Positions 37,716 to 47,768 are shown, counted from the first letter of the stretch. The stretch is DNA of 54,080 nt from a bacterium (GCA_046757525.1 JBHHYI010000007.1:1-54080), one strand, 5' to 3'. A program made the numbers and translations. The notes: generated by a model not told the origin, from the letters alone.

Positions 37716-40700
37716 ATGTCACGCAGATTTTTCGTTATATTGTTTTTCTTGATATTTGTCCCCGGTTTGCTACTTGCGGGCACGACGGGGAAAATCAAGG
37801 GTAAGGTAGTCGACCGAGAGACAGGGGAGGCTCTGCCGGGCGCCAACGTTAATATAGTAGGAACTACGCTTGGTGCCGCGGCGGACGTGAATGGAGAATA
37901 TATCATTCTTCATGTTCCTGTGGGTACGTATGCTGCAAAGGCTTCTTTTATCGGCTATCGGAACGTAGAGATTACTGACATCAGGGTCTCGTCCGATTTG
38001 ACCACCACGGTGGATTTTGGCTTACCTTCAGAAGCCCTGGAGGTCGGCGAGATTACCATCGTGGCGGAACGGCCTTTGGTTAATAAGAGCGCGACCAATG
38101 CCGTTCGTATTCAATCTCTGGAAACCATTGAAAAACTGCCGCTTAGAGGATTGGAGGCTGCCTTTGCTCTTCAACCCGGGGTTGTAGTCCAGAACGGTGA
38201 GCTGTACATTCGCGGCGGCCGCGCTGACGAAGTTGGCTATATCTTAGAAGGAGCTAACGCCAGAAACATCATGAATGGCGACAATGCCGTCACGGTGATT
38301 CCGGAAGCATTAGAAGAATTCCAGGTTCAAGCTGGTGGCTATAACGCTGAATTCGGTGGCGCCAACGCCGGAATTGTTACCCAAACGCTTCGATCAGGAA
38401 GCGATCAATACCATGCTCGCTTTCAGATAGAAGCCGACGAGTGGCCAGGGCAGGGGCCTGGGGACCAGGTATTGGACACCTTTTCCTACGGGTACCAGGA
38501 TTACACCCTGACCTTGAGCGGCCCGGTCCCGGTTTTCAATAACCGCATCAAAGCCTTCGTGGCCTTGAACCGGCAGCACTTCGACGATAGCCGGCGCGTT
38601 TTCTGGAAGGGGTTGGATATGCAGAAATTCGTCGAGGGTCTCGTCACGCAAGATCCGAATATTCTGAATACCAATGGCAATAATATACAAGTTGATGAAA
38701 ATGGGAATCTAATCCTTGTTGATTCTGGCCGCAATGGAGGTAAAGCAGGCCAGCCTATTCCTCCCATCGTACTCAACGATGGCAACATCGATGATTTTAC
38801 CAATAGAAAGAGCCTAAATGCCAGTCTTAACATCGACTTAAAGCCAATACTCTTGCGCTTTACTGTGTCCTCGACCTTTCAAAAAGATCAACTAACCGGA
38901 GGTCGTCCTTTTCTGACTATTTTAAATTCAAAGCGATTTGGGTTGCAGGACCGAAGTACCGATTTGTTCACCGGTAAACTCACGCATGTGCTTAGCCAGA
39001 AGGCTTTCTATGAGGTAAACGTGGGGGTTTACGACTTTCGGCGCAGGCAATATGACCCCAATTTTGGCAATAACTATTTACTTTATTCGGATAGTCTGGC
39101 GGTTGCCGAGAAACTCGGCCCCGAGTTTGCACGCGACTTCCAGGCTGTCGATCGGGGGCCAAGAAGTATCGACTTATTTCAATTCCCATTCACGCGTCCG
39201 GGGACCCAGATGGTGAACTATTTTAAAGAAAAGCAAAAATATGTTAGTCTGGATGTAGATTTTAGCATCCAGACGGGCCGGCACGAAATCAAATTTGGCG
39301 GTGAATTTCAGCGCTGGACCCTTCGTCGAATCAGCCCTTTAGGAACCACTGGCCAACTGCAGTTTTTACGCGCCAATCCCGACCTGGCCCGCGCCCTGCG
39401 CAACGGTCCCAGCGATCCCGATTTTGACGATGCCGTGTTTCAATTACGGCGAACGAACAACACAAATGCCTTTGGATATGATATCCTGGGTAGGGAAGTC
39501 GGCAGCGATTCAGAACTGTTTGACGGCACCAAGAATCCAACGTTTGGCGCCTTTTATGTGCAGGACAAATTTGAGGCTGGAGACCTGGTGATTAATGCTG
39601 GATTGCGTTTTGACACCTTCGATTTTGATCAACGCCTTCCCAAAAATCTTGCCAACCCGGAATTTGACGTGGATAAATTTGACGTTCCGCAATCGTCTTT
39701 AGAATCGACGAGCACGGATGTCGAGGTCAGTCCGCGTGTGGGTTTTGCCTTCCCGGTCACGGATCGAACGGTTTTTCACGCTCAATACGGTCGCTTTGTG
39801 CAGGCGCCGCAATTCTTCAATGTGTTTAGTGGTCGCGGCCGCCAGGCCTTGATTTTTGGCGCGGGAAACTTTGTGTCGAATCCGGAGGTGGCCAAGGATC
39901 TCGACCCCGTGGTTACCGTTCAGTATGAATTGGGATTTAATCAAGCGATGTCGGATTTCACAGCCTTTGACGCGACGATTTTCTTAAGAGATGTGAAGGG
40001 CCAGCTTCAGGTCACCAAGCAGATTACCGAACCCGGGGCTTCGGCCGGCGCCTTCAATATCTTCCAGAATCAAGATTTTGCCACCACCAAAGGCCTGGAG
40101 CTTTCGCTAACCCTGAGAAGAACTCAACGGGTGGCAGCTTTTATCAGCTACACATTTTCCGACGCTCAGGGCACCGGTTCCTTCCCCAATTCAAGTATTG
40201 GCGCGATTGAAACCGACGATCCCATACCTACGGTGATTCAGCCTCTGGACTTCAGGCAAACGCATCGCGGTTCCATCAGTTTTGACTACCGCTTTGCTCG
40301 GGGCGATGGCGGACCCATTCTGCAAAGACTGGGCGTCAACCTGCTGTTCACCTTTAACAGCGGTCACCCCTATACCCTATCCGGCGGTGGCATCGCTCAA
40401 CAGGGAGCCGATACCGGTGGTCTGTTAAATAATGGTGACCCCCGGGGTCGCCAGGCTTTGGAAGACATTAACTCCTCGACCACGCCATGGATATCTAATC
40501 TGGATCTCAGGATTGACAAGAGCATCAACTTCGGCGCTTTCGACGTCAACTTCTATGTTTACGCGCAGAACCTGTTCGATAGTCGAAACGTTCTCAATGT
40601 TTATCAGCGTACGGGTACTGCAGAGGATGATGGCTTCTTAACCAATCCGGAGCTGAGCGGCAAGATTGTAGCGGCTTCTGGTGTTCCTTATGCGGAGCTC

Positions 40701-40814
40701 TATAAGGTCATTAATCTTGCGGATCGACAGCATCAATGGGCTATCAATGGCTTTAATAACGAGCTATTCGGCACGCCGCGCCAATTCCGATTTGGGCTTA
40801 GCGTCGAATATTAA
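37716..40814 (+). CDS. TonB-dependent receptor with carboxypeptidase-regulatory-like N-domain
   Basis: AGTTGKIKGKV; plug motif IRGGR; GGYNAEFG; YVQDK..NAGLRFD; SPRVG; C-terminal FGLSVEY. Confidence 0.93.
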   Translation: MSRRFFVILFFLIFVPGLLLAGTTGKIKGKVVDRETGEALPGANVNIVGTTLGAAADVNGEYIILHVPVGTYAAKASFIGYRNVEITDIRVSSDLTTTVDFGLPSEALEVGEITIVAERPLVNKSATNAVRIQSLETIEKLPLRGLEAAFALQPGVVVQNGELYIRGGRADEVGYILEGANARNIMNGDNAVTVIPEALEEFQVQAGGYNAEFGGANAGIVTQTLRSGSDQYHARFQIEADEWPGQGPGDQVLDTFSYGYQDYTLTLSGPVPVFNNRIKAFVALNRQHFDDSRRVFWKGLDMQKFVEGLVTQDPNILNTNGNNIQVDENGNLILVDSGRNGGKAGQPIPPIVLNDGNIDDFTNRKSLNASLNIDLKPILLRFTVSSTFQKDQLTGGRPFLTILNSKRFGLQDRSTDLFTGKLTHVLSQKAFYEVNVGVYDFRRRQYDPNFGNNYLLYSDSLAVAEKLGPEFARDFQAVDRGPRSIDLFQFPFTRPGTQMVNYFKEKQKYVSLDVDFSIQTGRHEIKFGGEFQRWTLRRISPLGTTGQLQFLRANPDLARALRNGPSDPDFDDAVFQLRRTNNTNAFGYDILGREVGSDSELFDGTKNPTFGAFYVQDKFEAGDLVINAGLRFDTFDFDQRLPKNLANPEFDVDKFDVPQSSLESTSTDVEVSPRVGFAFPVTDRTVFHAQYGRFVQAPQFFNVFSGRGRQALIFGAGNFVSNPEVAKDLDPVVTVQYELGFNQAMSDFTAFDATIFLRDVKGQLQVTKQITEPGASAGAFNIFQNQDFATTKGLELSLTLRRTQRVAAFISYTFSDAQGTGSFPNSSIGAIETDDPIPTVIQPLDFRQTHRGSISFDYRFARGDGGPILQRLGVNLLFTFNSGHPYTLSGGGIAQQGADTGGLLNNGDPRGRQALEDINSSTTPWISNLDLRIDKSINFGAFDVNFYVYAQNLFDSRNVLNVYQRTGTAEDDGFLTNPELSGKIVAASGVPYAELYKVINLADRQHQWAINGFNNELFGTPRQFRFGLSVEY

Positions 40815-40921
40815 CAGAATGCATGTGTTAAACTTGCCAGGCGCATGCAAAGGGTGAAAAACGGTATAAGTATCGGGGAATAATGATGATACTACAACGC
40901 AAAGTGGAGGGTAAGAAAACC

Positions 40922-43900
40922 ATGAAAAAACTCAAAGTCTTATTTCCCTTTGTCATGATGGCGATGTTTATAACCGGGGCGTTGTTGTACGCCCATGACA
41001 AAGGTCAGAAGAGCGACATAGGTCAGAAAAACAAGGATAGGAGCTTTGAATTGTTCGGCCCGACGGGTCAACCACGCTCTACGCTCCTCAACATTAATAA
41101 CATGGCTCAATGGTTAAGAGCCGATATGTGGTCGTCCCGAGATCCCAGGACGGGTAATTCAGGCGTTCTCTTTCCCAGAGGATTAGGTACGGATGCGGCG
41201 GTTATTTTCGCCGATGGACTTATCTGGGGGGGATTGGTTAACGACACGCAAATCCCGGTGCTGCGAGCAGGGGGCCAAACCTATAATATTGGTGTCATTG
41301 AAGGAAGAATTATTTCCCCCGGGGTGGCGGAAGATCCCAGTTCCCCTGATGTGCGTATCTGGAGGATTCGAAAGGATTTTGCCACAGCGGATCTTTCCTT
41401 AGATGCCCAGGAGTTGGGGCTGGATGTCGCCACAGTCCGCGCGCAGTATGCGACGGATTGGCGCGAGTGGCCCTGGGAAAAAGGCGCACCCTGGACCGGC
41501 GTCGGGAATCTGCAGGATAGTGGATACCTGGGCGCCGATGGGGAGACCATCGTGGGCGCTAATAACGGGGTATTGGACCGCGGCGAAGACAGCAACAGCA
41601 ATGCGGCGTTAGACCCCGGGGAAGACGTCAATGGCAATGGTGTGCTGGATGGCGAAGTTCCAGGGATTGTCGGTGCCGATCAAGTCGTGTGGTTGGTAGC
41701 CAATGATTTATCAGAAGGGGCCACCCAGGCTTTTATTGGCTCGCCGCCTATCGGTTTGGAATTCCAGGTCACCAATTGGGGCTTCGCGCGTAGCGACGCC
41801 CTCGGGAACATGGTGTTTAAGCAGGTGAAAATGATTTATAAAGGCACGGCATTTACCCCTGCCAATGCCAAAATAGATTCCATGTTTTGGACCCAGTGGT
41901 CGGACCCGGATTTGGGACAATATTCGGATGATTTTGTAGGGGTCGATACCACGCTGTCCTTGCAGTTTGTCTATAATGCCAGCTCGGTTGATAACATTTT
42001 CGCCGGTTTTGGGCTGCCGCCGCCAGCGGCAGGGTACGACTTTTTTCAGGGCGTTTTGGTGCCAGGGGTGGCAGGTCAAGACCGGAATAAGAATGGCATT
42101 GACGACGCCGAAGACACGGGTATCTTTAATCTAAAGAAAACGCCGCCAGGGTTCATAAATTTGCCCATGCGCTCCTTTGGCTTCTTTGCTGCGGGAAGTC
42201 AGATCTCTGATCCCCCGTTTGCGAGCCGCGAGGGAACCCTGCAATGGTGGAATCTCATCAGAGGATTTATTCCTCTAAGCGACCCCGCCAACCCAACACG
42301 GTTTACCACTAATGATGGTACGCCCACTTTGTTTCCACTTGCTGGCGATCCTGTTGCGGGTACGGGCGATAATGATGGTGTCATTCTGCCGCCCGGCGAT
42401 CGACGCATGCTCATGTCAACCGGGCCGTTTACTTTAGCGGTAGGGGATACCCAGCAATTGGTAATCTCACTCATGGTGGCCCTGGGGAGCGATCGCTTGT
42501 CCAGTGTGGCGGTACTCAAGTTTTTTGATAAGACGGCCCAGGCAACGTTTGATAATTTGTTCCAGGTGGTAAAACCGCCAGCTCGACCGAAGGTACAGGC
42601 GACTGGTTTAGACGGAGAGATCCTTCTGAACTGGGGCTCTGATCCTGCGGCTGTTGCTGCCACGGAAAGTCAGGACGAGTCAGGGTTTAAATTTGAAGGG
42701 TATAACGTCTATCAATTGAAAACCGCACAACCGGACCTGTCGCCAGGCAACGCCATTAAATTAGCAACCTTTGATGTGGTCAATGAAATAACTACGGTAC
42801 TCTCTGAGGTCTTTGATGTAATTTCCGGTACGGTCATAGACAAACCGGTTCAGATAGGGACCAATAGCGGAATTAAGCGAGTTTTTACCGTTACCACCGA
42901 TGCCTTCAGGGATAAGCCGTTGGCAAACGACCAGGACTTTTTCTTTGCAGTGACCGCCTACAATGCGACCCTCGATCCGGAGCAGACGAACCGGGCTTTA
43001 GAGTCTCCACCTATTGTCGTAACGGTTCGTCCCCAGGCACCAAATCCTGGAATACGGCTGGGAGCACAGATCGGGGATGCCATTGAGGTCACCCATGTTG
43101 GGCCGAGCGATGGCAGTGTAGACGTAAAGGTGGTAGACCCAACATTGATCACCGGTGATGATTACAGCGTGTTTTTCACTGTGGATACCACTGGTGGCGC
43201 CAATACACCGTTTTGGAACCTTCAAAACACCACCACAGGCGAAATCCTCCTGGCGAACCAGACCAACCAAAGCGGCGATCCTAATATTGGCGATCTGAAT
43301 ACTGAGGGTCTTATGGTCAGTGTGACCGGCGCCCCCAACGATTTTAAACTCTTCGAGGTAGTTGCTAATGCTGCTGGTCCACTTGTTCCATCAGAAGGTG
43401 GTGCCCTGGACTTCGACGGCTTCCCCTCTCTTAGACCGTCAGACAGACAGCAAGTCGGGGAAGGCCATTGGGCTTTTCATACTGGCGACAATGGCGGCAC
43501 CTCCGGTGGCGGTACGCGCGGTAGTTTTGACGCTTTTAAAGCCAGAGTGGCGCGTGGCGACAATTTTAGTCGAATCGTTCCATTTGATTTTGAAATGCGC
43601 TTTACCGTTGATGGTGGTGTTGCTGTGTGGGCGTTTGAAACGGGACTCCCAGGTCCTGTACCGTACGAGTTATGGAATATCGGATCCGGGACGCCGGACG
43701 ATCCCAGTGATGACTTTAGAATGATTCCGTGGGTATTGAATGACATTAACTTTGGTGATGAAACCGATCAGAGTTATGACTTAGATGCTTTGGATCATTC
43801 GGGCTCAGGTGCAGACAATGACCCTTATACGGATTGGACCTATTGGAGGAACCCACAAGATATGTCACCTGGCACCTCAGGGTATGATCAGTTCGTGGCA

Positions 43901-44461
43901 GATGTTACGGCTGGAACGTATGATTTCCTCAGTCCGGAAGTCATGGCCAGAACCGTGTTGGTTAATTGGAATGGTGGCGATGTGTTTGATCCAACCTTTC
44001 CAGCTAATGTCAATCAGATATTGCCTGAGACAGGTACCATCTTCCGTATCACCAGCACCAAACCAAACACTCCCAATGATGAGTTCACCTTCTCCACGGC
44101 TGCATTTAAGAAAACGCAAAGCGAACGGCTCAAGAAGGAAGATGCCCTGAAGATGGTGGGTGTATTTCCTAATCCGTATTTAGGGTTCAACCGCCTGGAA
44201 ACCAGCGGACAGAATCGGTTTGTCCGCTTCAATCACTTGCCTGCAGAGGTGACCATCCGCATTTTCAACCTTGCCGGGACGTTTGTGACAGAGCTCAAAA
44301 AGAACGATTCGTCACCCTGGATGGATTGGAATTTAAAGAATGCAAACAATCTACCGATTGCGAGTGGTCTTTACATCGCTCATGTCTCGATGCCAGGTCT
44401 TGGAAGCAAGAATCTTAAGTTAGCGATTGTTCTGGAACAGCAATTCCTGAAAACCTTCTAA
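40922..44461 (+). CDS. Large secreted protein with T9SS type-A/FlgD-like C-terminal sorting domain
   Basis: Signal peptide; FN3-like ILLNW..FEGYNVY..FAVTAY; C-terminal VFPNPY..IRIFNLAG..WNLKN..IASGLYI..KLAIV. Confidence 0.85.
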   Translation: MKKLKVLFPFVMMAMFITGALLYAHDKGQKSDIGQKNKDRSFELFGPTGQPRSTLLNINNMAQWLRADMWSSRDPRTGNSGVLFPRGLGTDAAVIFADGLIWGGLVNDTQIPVLRAGGQTYNIGVIEGRIISPGVAEDPSSPDVRIWRIRKDFATADLSLDAQELGLDVATVRAQYATDWREWPWEKGAPWTGVGNLQDSGYLGADGETIVGANNGVLDRGEDSNSNAALDPGEDVNGNGVLDGEVPGIVGADQVVWLVANDLSEGATQAFIGSPPIGLEFQVTNWGFARSDALGNMVFKQVKMIYKGTAFTPANAKIDSMFWTQWSDPDLGQYSDDFVGVDTTLSLQFVYNASSVDNIFAGFGLPPPAAGYDFFQGVLVPGVAGQDRNKNGIDDAEDTGIFNLKKTPPGFINLPMRSFGFFAAGSQISDPPFASREGTLQWWNLIRGFIPLSDPANPTRFTTNDGTPTLFPLAGDPVAGTGDNDGVILPPGDRRMLMSTGPFTLAVGDTQQLVISLMVALGSDRLSSVAVLKFFDKTAQATFDNLFQVVKPPARPKVQATGLDGEILLNWGSDPAAVAATESQDESGFKFEGYNVYQLKTAQPDLSPGNAIKLATFDVVNEITTVLSEVFDVISGTVIDKPVQIGTNSGIKRVFTVTTDAFRDKPLANDQDFFFAVTAYNATLDPEQTNRALESPPIVVTVRPQAPNPGIRLGAQIGDAIEVTHVGPSDGSVDVKVVDPTLITGDDYSVFFTVDTTGGANTPFWNLQNTTTGEILLANQTNQSGDPNIGDLNTEGLMVSVTGAPNDFKLFEVVANAAGPLVPSEGGALDFDGFPSLRPSDRQQVGEGHWAFHTGDNGGTSGGGTRGSFDAFKARVARGDNFSRIVPFDFEMRFTVDGGVAVWAFETGLPGPVPYELWNIGSGTPDDPSDDFRMIPWVLNDINFGDETDQSYDLDALDHSGSGADNDPYTDWTYWRNPQDMSPGTSGYDQFVADVTAGTYDFLSPEVMARTVLVNWNGGDVFDPTFPANVNQILPETGTIFRITSTKPNTPNDEFTFSTAAFKKTQSERLKKEDALKMVGVFPNPYLGFNRLETSGQNRFVRFNHLPAEVTIRIFNLAGTFVTELKKNDSSPWMDWNLKNANNLPIASGLYIAHVSMPGLGSKNLKLAIVLEQQFLKTF

Positions 44462-44474
44462 GTTTGAGTTACTA

Positions 44475-44501
44475 AGCGTCCGCCCGCACCGGGCGGACGC
44501 T
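44475..44501. promoter_or_regulatory. Intercistronic GC-rich hairpin without a U tract
   Basis: AGCGTCCGCCCG-CAC-CGGGCGGACGCT perfect 12-bp stem. Confidence 0.7.
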
Positions 44502-44537
44502 AATTAATGAACAGGACTCATTAAGGAGAAAAGTGCT

Positions 44538-45581
44538 ATGAAACATAAATTTTGTCTACTATTTGCGGTAACAATCGCGTTTCTATTATTGGTTAGCGTG
44601 GATTCTTATGCCGGTAATAGAAAGAAGGCCGGGATTGCAGCAGGTGCTGAATTGCTCATCCCGGTGGGTACTCGAGACATGGCGATGGGTGGGTCCACAG
44701 TTGCAATGACCAAGGGTATTGACGCTATCTATTGGAATCCTGCTGGATTAGCCTGGACCCCTTACGATGCCGTGGCTGCGTTTTCCCGCACAAGCTACAT
44801 CGCTGATATTGATGTAAATTATGTTGCCGTGGCTGGAACGTTTGGCAACTTTGGATCGGTTGGATTCACCATTAAGAGCCTGGCGATCGGGAATATTCCT
44901 ATCACCACAGAGGATGAACCTGATGGAACCGGCGCTTTTCTAAACCCAACATTTTTTACCATCGGAGCCCACTACGCCAAGCTATTAATTGACCGGGTTG
45001 CGGTTGGGTTTAGTTTTCGTGTTGTCAGTGAGAATCTACGGGAGGCCCGGGTCAGCGCGACAGGCTTTGCTTTTAGCGCAGGCGTTCAGTACAAGAATGC
45101 TGGGGGCCTTCGAGGTTTTGATTTAGGCGTGGCGGTGAAAAATATCGGTCCACAAATGGGTTTTGATGGTTCAGGGCTATTAAGAGAGGCCAGAGTTACA
45201 GATGTTACCCGTGGTGGTAGCTTAATCAAGGTCGAAGGAAACTCAGAAGATCTCCCCTCTACCATTGAAATTGGCGCCGCCTATACTGTGAACGCCAGTG
45301 AAACCAGCAAGCTTCATTTCGCCACCATGTTCCAAAATAATAACTTTTCTGACGATCAGGCAAGATTTGGTGTAGAATACGAATATAATGATATTTTCTT
45401 CGTCCGTGGGGGGTTTAACTCCTCTCCCGATGCCCCTACTGATGCTTTTATATTCGGTCCAACTTTAGGCGCAGGGGTTCATGCGATGGTTAGTGGTGTA
45501 AACATTTTTGCTGATTATGCATGGACACAAAATGACACCTTTGATAACCAAAGCACCTTTTCTGTGAAGCTTGGTTTTTAG
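44538..45581 (+). CDS. PorV/PorQ-family outer-membrane beta-barrel
   Basis: LLIPVGTRDMAMGG, AIYWNPAGL, TTEDEPDGTG, KNIG; terminal FSVKLGF. Confidence 0.88.
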   Translation: MKHKFCLLFAVTIAFLLLVSVDSYAGNRKKAGIAAGAELLIPVGTRDMAMGGSTVAMTKGIDAIYWNPAGLAWTPYDAVAAFSRTSYIADIDVNYVAVAGTFGNFGSVGFTIKSLAIGNIPITTEDEPDGTGAFLNPTFFTIGAHYAKLLIDRVAVGFSFRVVSENLREARVSATGFAFSAGVQYKNAGGLRGFDLGVAVKNIGPQMGFDGSGLLREARVTDVTRGGSLIKVEGNSEDLPSTIEIGAAYTVNASETSKLHFATMFQNNNFSDDQARFGVEYEYNDIFFVRGGFNSSPDAPTDAFIFGPTLGAGVHAMVSGVNIFADYAWTQNDTFDNQSTFSVKLGF

Positions 45582-45603
45582 TTATCTGGCCTGTTTGAGC
45601 ATT

Positions 45604-45636
45604 AAAAGGGTTGAGAGTCATTTTCAACCCTTTTTT
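45604..45636 (+). terminator. Intrinsic terminator ending the operon (bidirectional form)
   Basis: AAAAGGGTTGAGAG-TCA-TTTTCAACCCTTTTTT. Confidence 0.85.
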
Positions 45637-45721
45637 ACATATTGGGAGGGTGATTTGATTATCTTAGAACTTTCTAATTGTCGCTAAAAAACCTGTCAGG
45701 GTTGAAGGGTGCAAAAAAAGC

Positions 45722-45750
45722 TTTACAATAACAATTTTTTTTTATAAATT
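45722..45750 (+). promoter_or_regulatory. Candidate sigma-70-type promoter for the GWxTD gene
   Basis: TTTACA-17 nt-TAAATT, about 250 nt before the ATG. Confidence 0.4.
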
Positions 45751-45999
45751 GTACTTGGTCGTTCATCACTACCGCTCACCACAGAGACGTACACAAAAAG
45801 ATTAGAAATGCATTACCCGCTCATCAAGTTTGAAATAGAAGGCCAGAGTCTAACAATTTAGGCGGGCACCGTGGGACCTTTTACTCTAATTAAAGCAAAT
45901 TTAGTTTCTTGTCGTTTCGGTTTTGCACCGGGTATTTTATTTGTAACACTCTCGAAGGCGGGAGTTGTAGGTAATAATAAGATGAAGGAGTGAAATAAG

Positions 46000-47475
46000 A
46001 TGTGGAAAATTAGGCAGTTTTGCAGCTCCCATTTTAAGAATGTTCTAATATTATTTATTTTGAGTGCATTTTTTGTTTCTCCGGCCCCCGCACAGAAGAG
46101 TTTGCATTTAAGCTTAGATGTTGCTCAGTTTCAGGATTCCAGACAACAGTCCTATCTGGAAATCTATTATTCTTTACCAGAGCAATCTATCAAATATGTA
46201 CCCAATGCTGCCGGGGAGTACTCTTCTCAAATGGTCATGGACCTGGAAATCTACAAGAGAGAGTCTTTATGGGCTTCAAAAATGTGGAAAATTGAAAAAG
46301 CAATCCAGGATACTAAGAAAGTTGGGCGGAACAGACAACTAATAGATATGTTCCGTTATTATCTCGATGAGCCTTCTACTTACCGAGTTGTGATTCATGC
46401 GCGAGATATGAACCAGGAAGATGCCATAGATAGCATCGATACAAAAATTGAAACTAGAGAATTTAACGCCAACAAATTGGAAATCAGCGATGTGCATTTA
46501 GCTTCTGACATCAAAAGGACGGGCAATCCATCATCAAAGTTTGCTATGCGTAATTACGAGATTATCCCGAATCCGACATTGGTGTTCGGTGAGGGCGTAC
46601 CGAATTTGTATTACTGTTTTGAGGCTTATAATTTACTAAATAATGTGGCGGGGCCTAAGTACAAACGCTTTGCTTTCTTGAGGGATTCCGATAGCAAAGT
46701 TGTCGAAGGTGTTGGAAGCAGATATAGAACAAGAGGGAAATTGCATGATTCTAGTATTGAGATGGGGCTGATCAACGTTTCAAAATTGCGGACCGGACAA
46801 TATTTCTTCGATTATGGTATATCTGATGCAACCGGCGTAGAACTTGCCAGTAAGGAAAAGAAACTTTACGTTTATAACCCATCAGTGCCTATCACACCGG
46901 TTGCAGGTGCGGCGAGGGGGGTAGCAGCGCCGGCAGGAAGCCTTGGAGAACTCGGAACTTTGGGGAGTGAACAACTCGATAAGGAATATGAGAGTATGAA
47001 ATACTTGACCACCAAAGAAGATAGAGAGTTTTATGGGAACCTGAGCAACGTCGAGGCAAAGAGGCAATTTATTTATTCTGCCTGGCAATCGATAAAAAAT
47101 TATGAAGGATTGAAGGGTGCGGACTATAGACGGCTGTATTTGTCGCGGGTTGAGGAGGCCAATGAACGCTATAGAGAAACCGGCAGGGAAGGATGGAAAA
47201 CGGAGCGAGGACGGGTGTTTATTCTTTATGGCCAGCCCACGAATATCGAACTGTTTCCAAGTTCCCCTGAACACAAGCCGTATCAGATTTGGACCTATGA
47301 CTATTTGCAGGGTCAGGGTGGCATTACTTTTATTTTTGCTGACCGCTTTGGCTTTAAGCGGTATGAGTTGATTCATTCTACTCTGAGAGGCGAATTGCAA
47401 GACCCCAACTGGCAGCGATTTATTGTGATAGGGCCTTTCCAGCAAAATATTCAAAGACCGAACATTCAAAATTGA
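46000..47475 (+). CDS. GWxTD-domain periplasmic protein
   Basis: Signal peptide; RVEEANERY..GWKTERGRVFILYGQP..YQIWTY..FIFAD. Confidence 0.88.
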   Translation: MWKIRQFCSSHFKNVLILFILSAFFVSPAPAQKSLHLSLDVAQFQDSRQQSYLEIYYSLPEQSIKYVPNAAGEYSSQMVMDLEIYKRESLWASKMWKIEKAIQDTKKVGRNRQLIDMFRYYLDEPSTYRVVIHARDMNQEDAIDSIDTKIETREFNANKLEISDVHLASDIKRTGNPSSKFAMRNYEIIPNPTLVFGEGVPNLYYCFEAYNLLNNVAGPKYKRFAFLRDSDSKVVEGVGSRYRTRGKLHDSSIEMGLINVSKLRTGQYFFDYGISDATGVELASKEKKLYVYNPSVPITPVAGAARGVAAPAGSLGELGTLGSEQLDKEYESMKYLTTKEDREFYGNLSNVEAKRQFIYSAWQSIKNYEGLKGADYRRLYLSRVEEANERYRETGREGWKTERGRVFILYGQPTNIELFPSSPEHKPYQIWTYDYLQGQGGITFIFADRFGFKRYELIHSTLRGELQDPNWQRFIVIGPFQQNIQRPNIQN

Positions 47476-47529
47476 ATGCGGGGTTCACGCTTCAGGGTTG
47501 ACAGGTGACCGTATCTAGGGGTGACGGGC

Positions 47530-47582
47530 GTCGCCCTTCGATACGTCCCGACCAAAGAGCGGTTGGGACTACTCAGGACGAC
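47530..47582. repeat. Scaffold repeat with variable inner hairpin
   Basis: GTCGCCCTTCGATAC[hairpin]TACTCAGGACGAC; covaries with 36095-36144. Confidence 0.75.
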
Positions 47583-47768
47583 TACCTGTGTGCTCAAAGA
47601 AAAGCAACTGTCAGTCCGCTCGAGAGGAGCGTTTCCTAAAAGCTTGTGAAGATTGAACTGCGGCCACAGAACGCGTGCAGTTTCTTTTTCAAGAATAAGG
47701 ATTTGATAGCTGATAATTCGGTGGCTGGCTAAATGGATGGGGATTACGATACAACGGTTTGGGCTTTG

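Noticed and set aside
37716..45581. Classical SusC/SusD polysaccharide utilisation locus
   Set aside because: No SusD-like lipoprotein after the TBDR and no recognisable CAZyme
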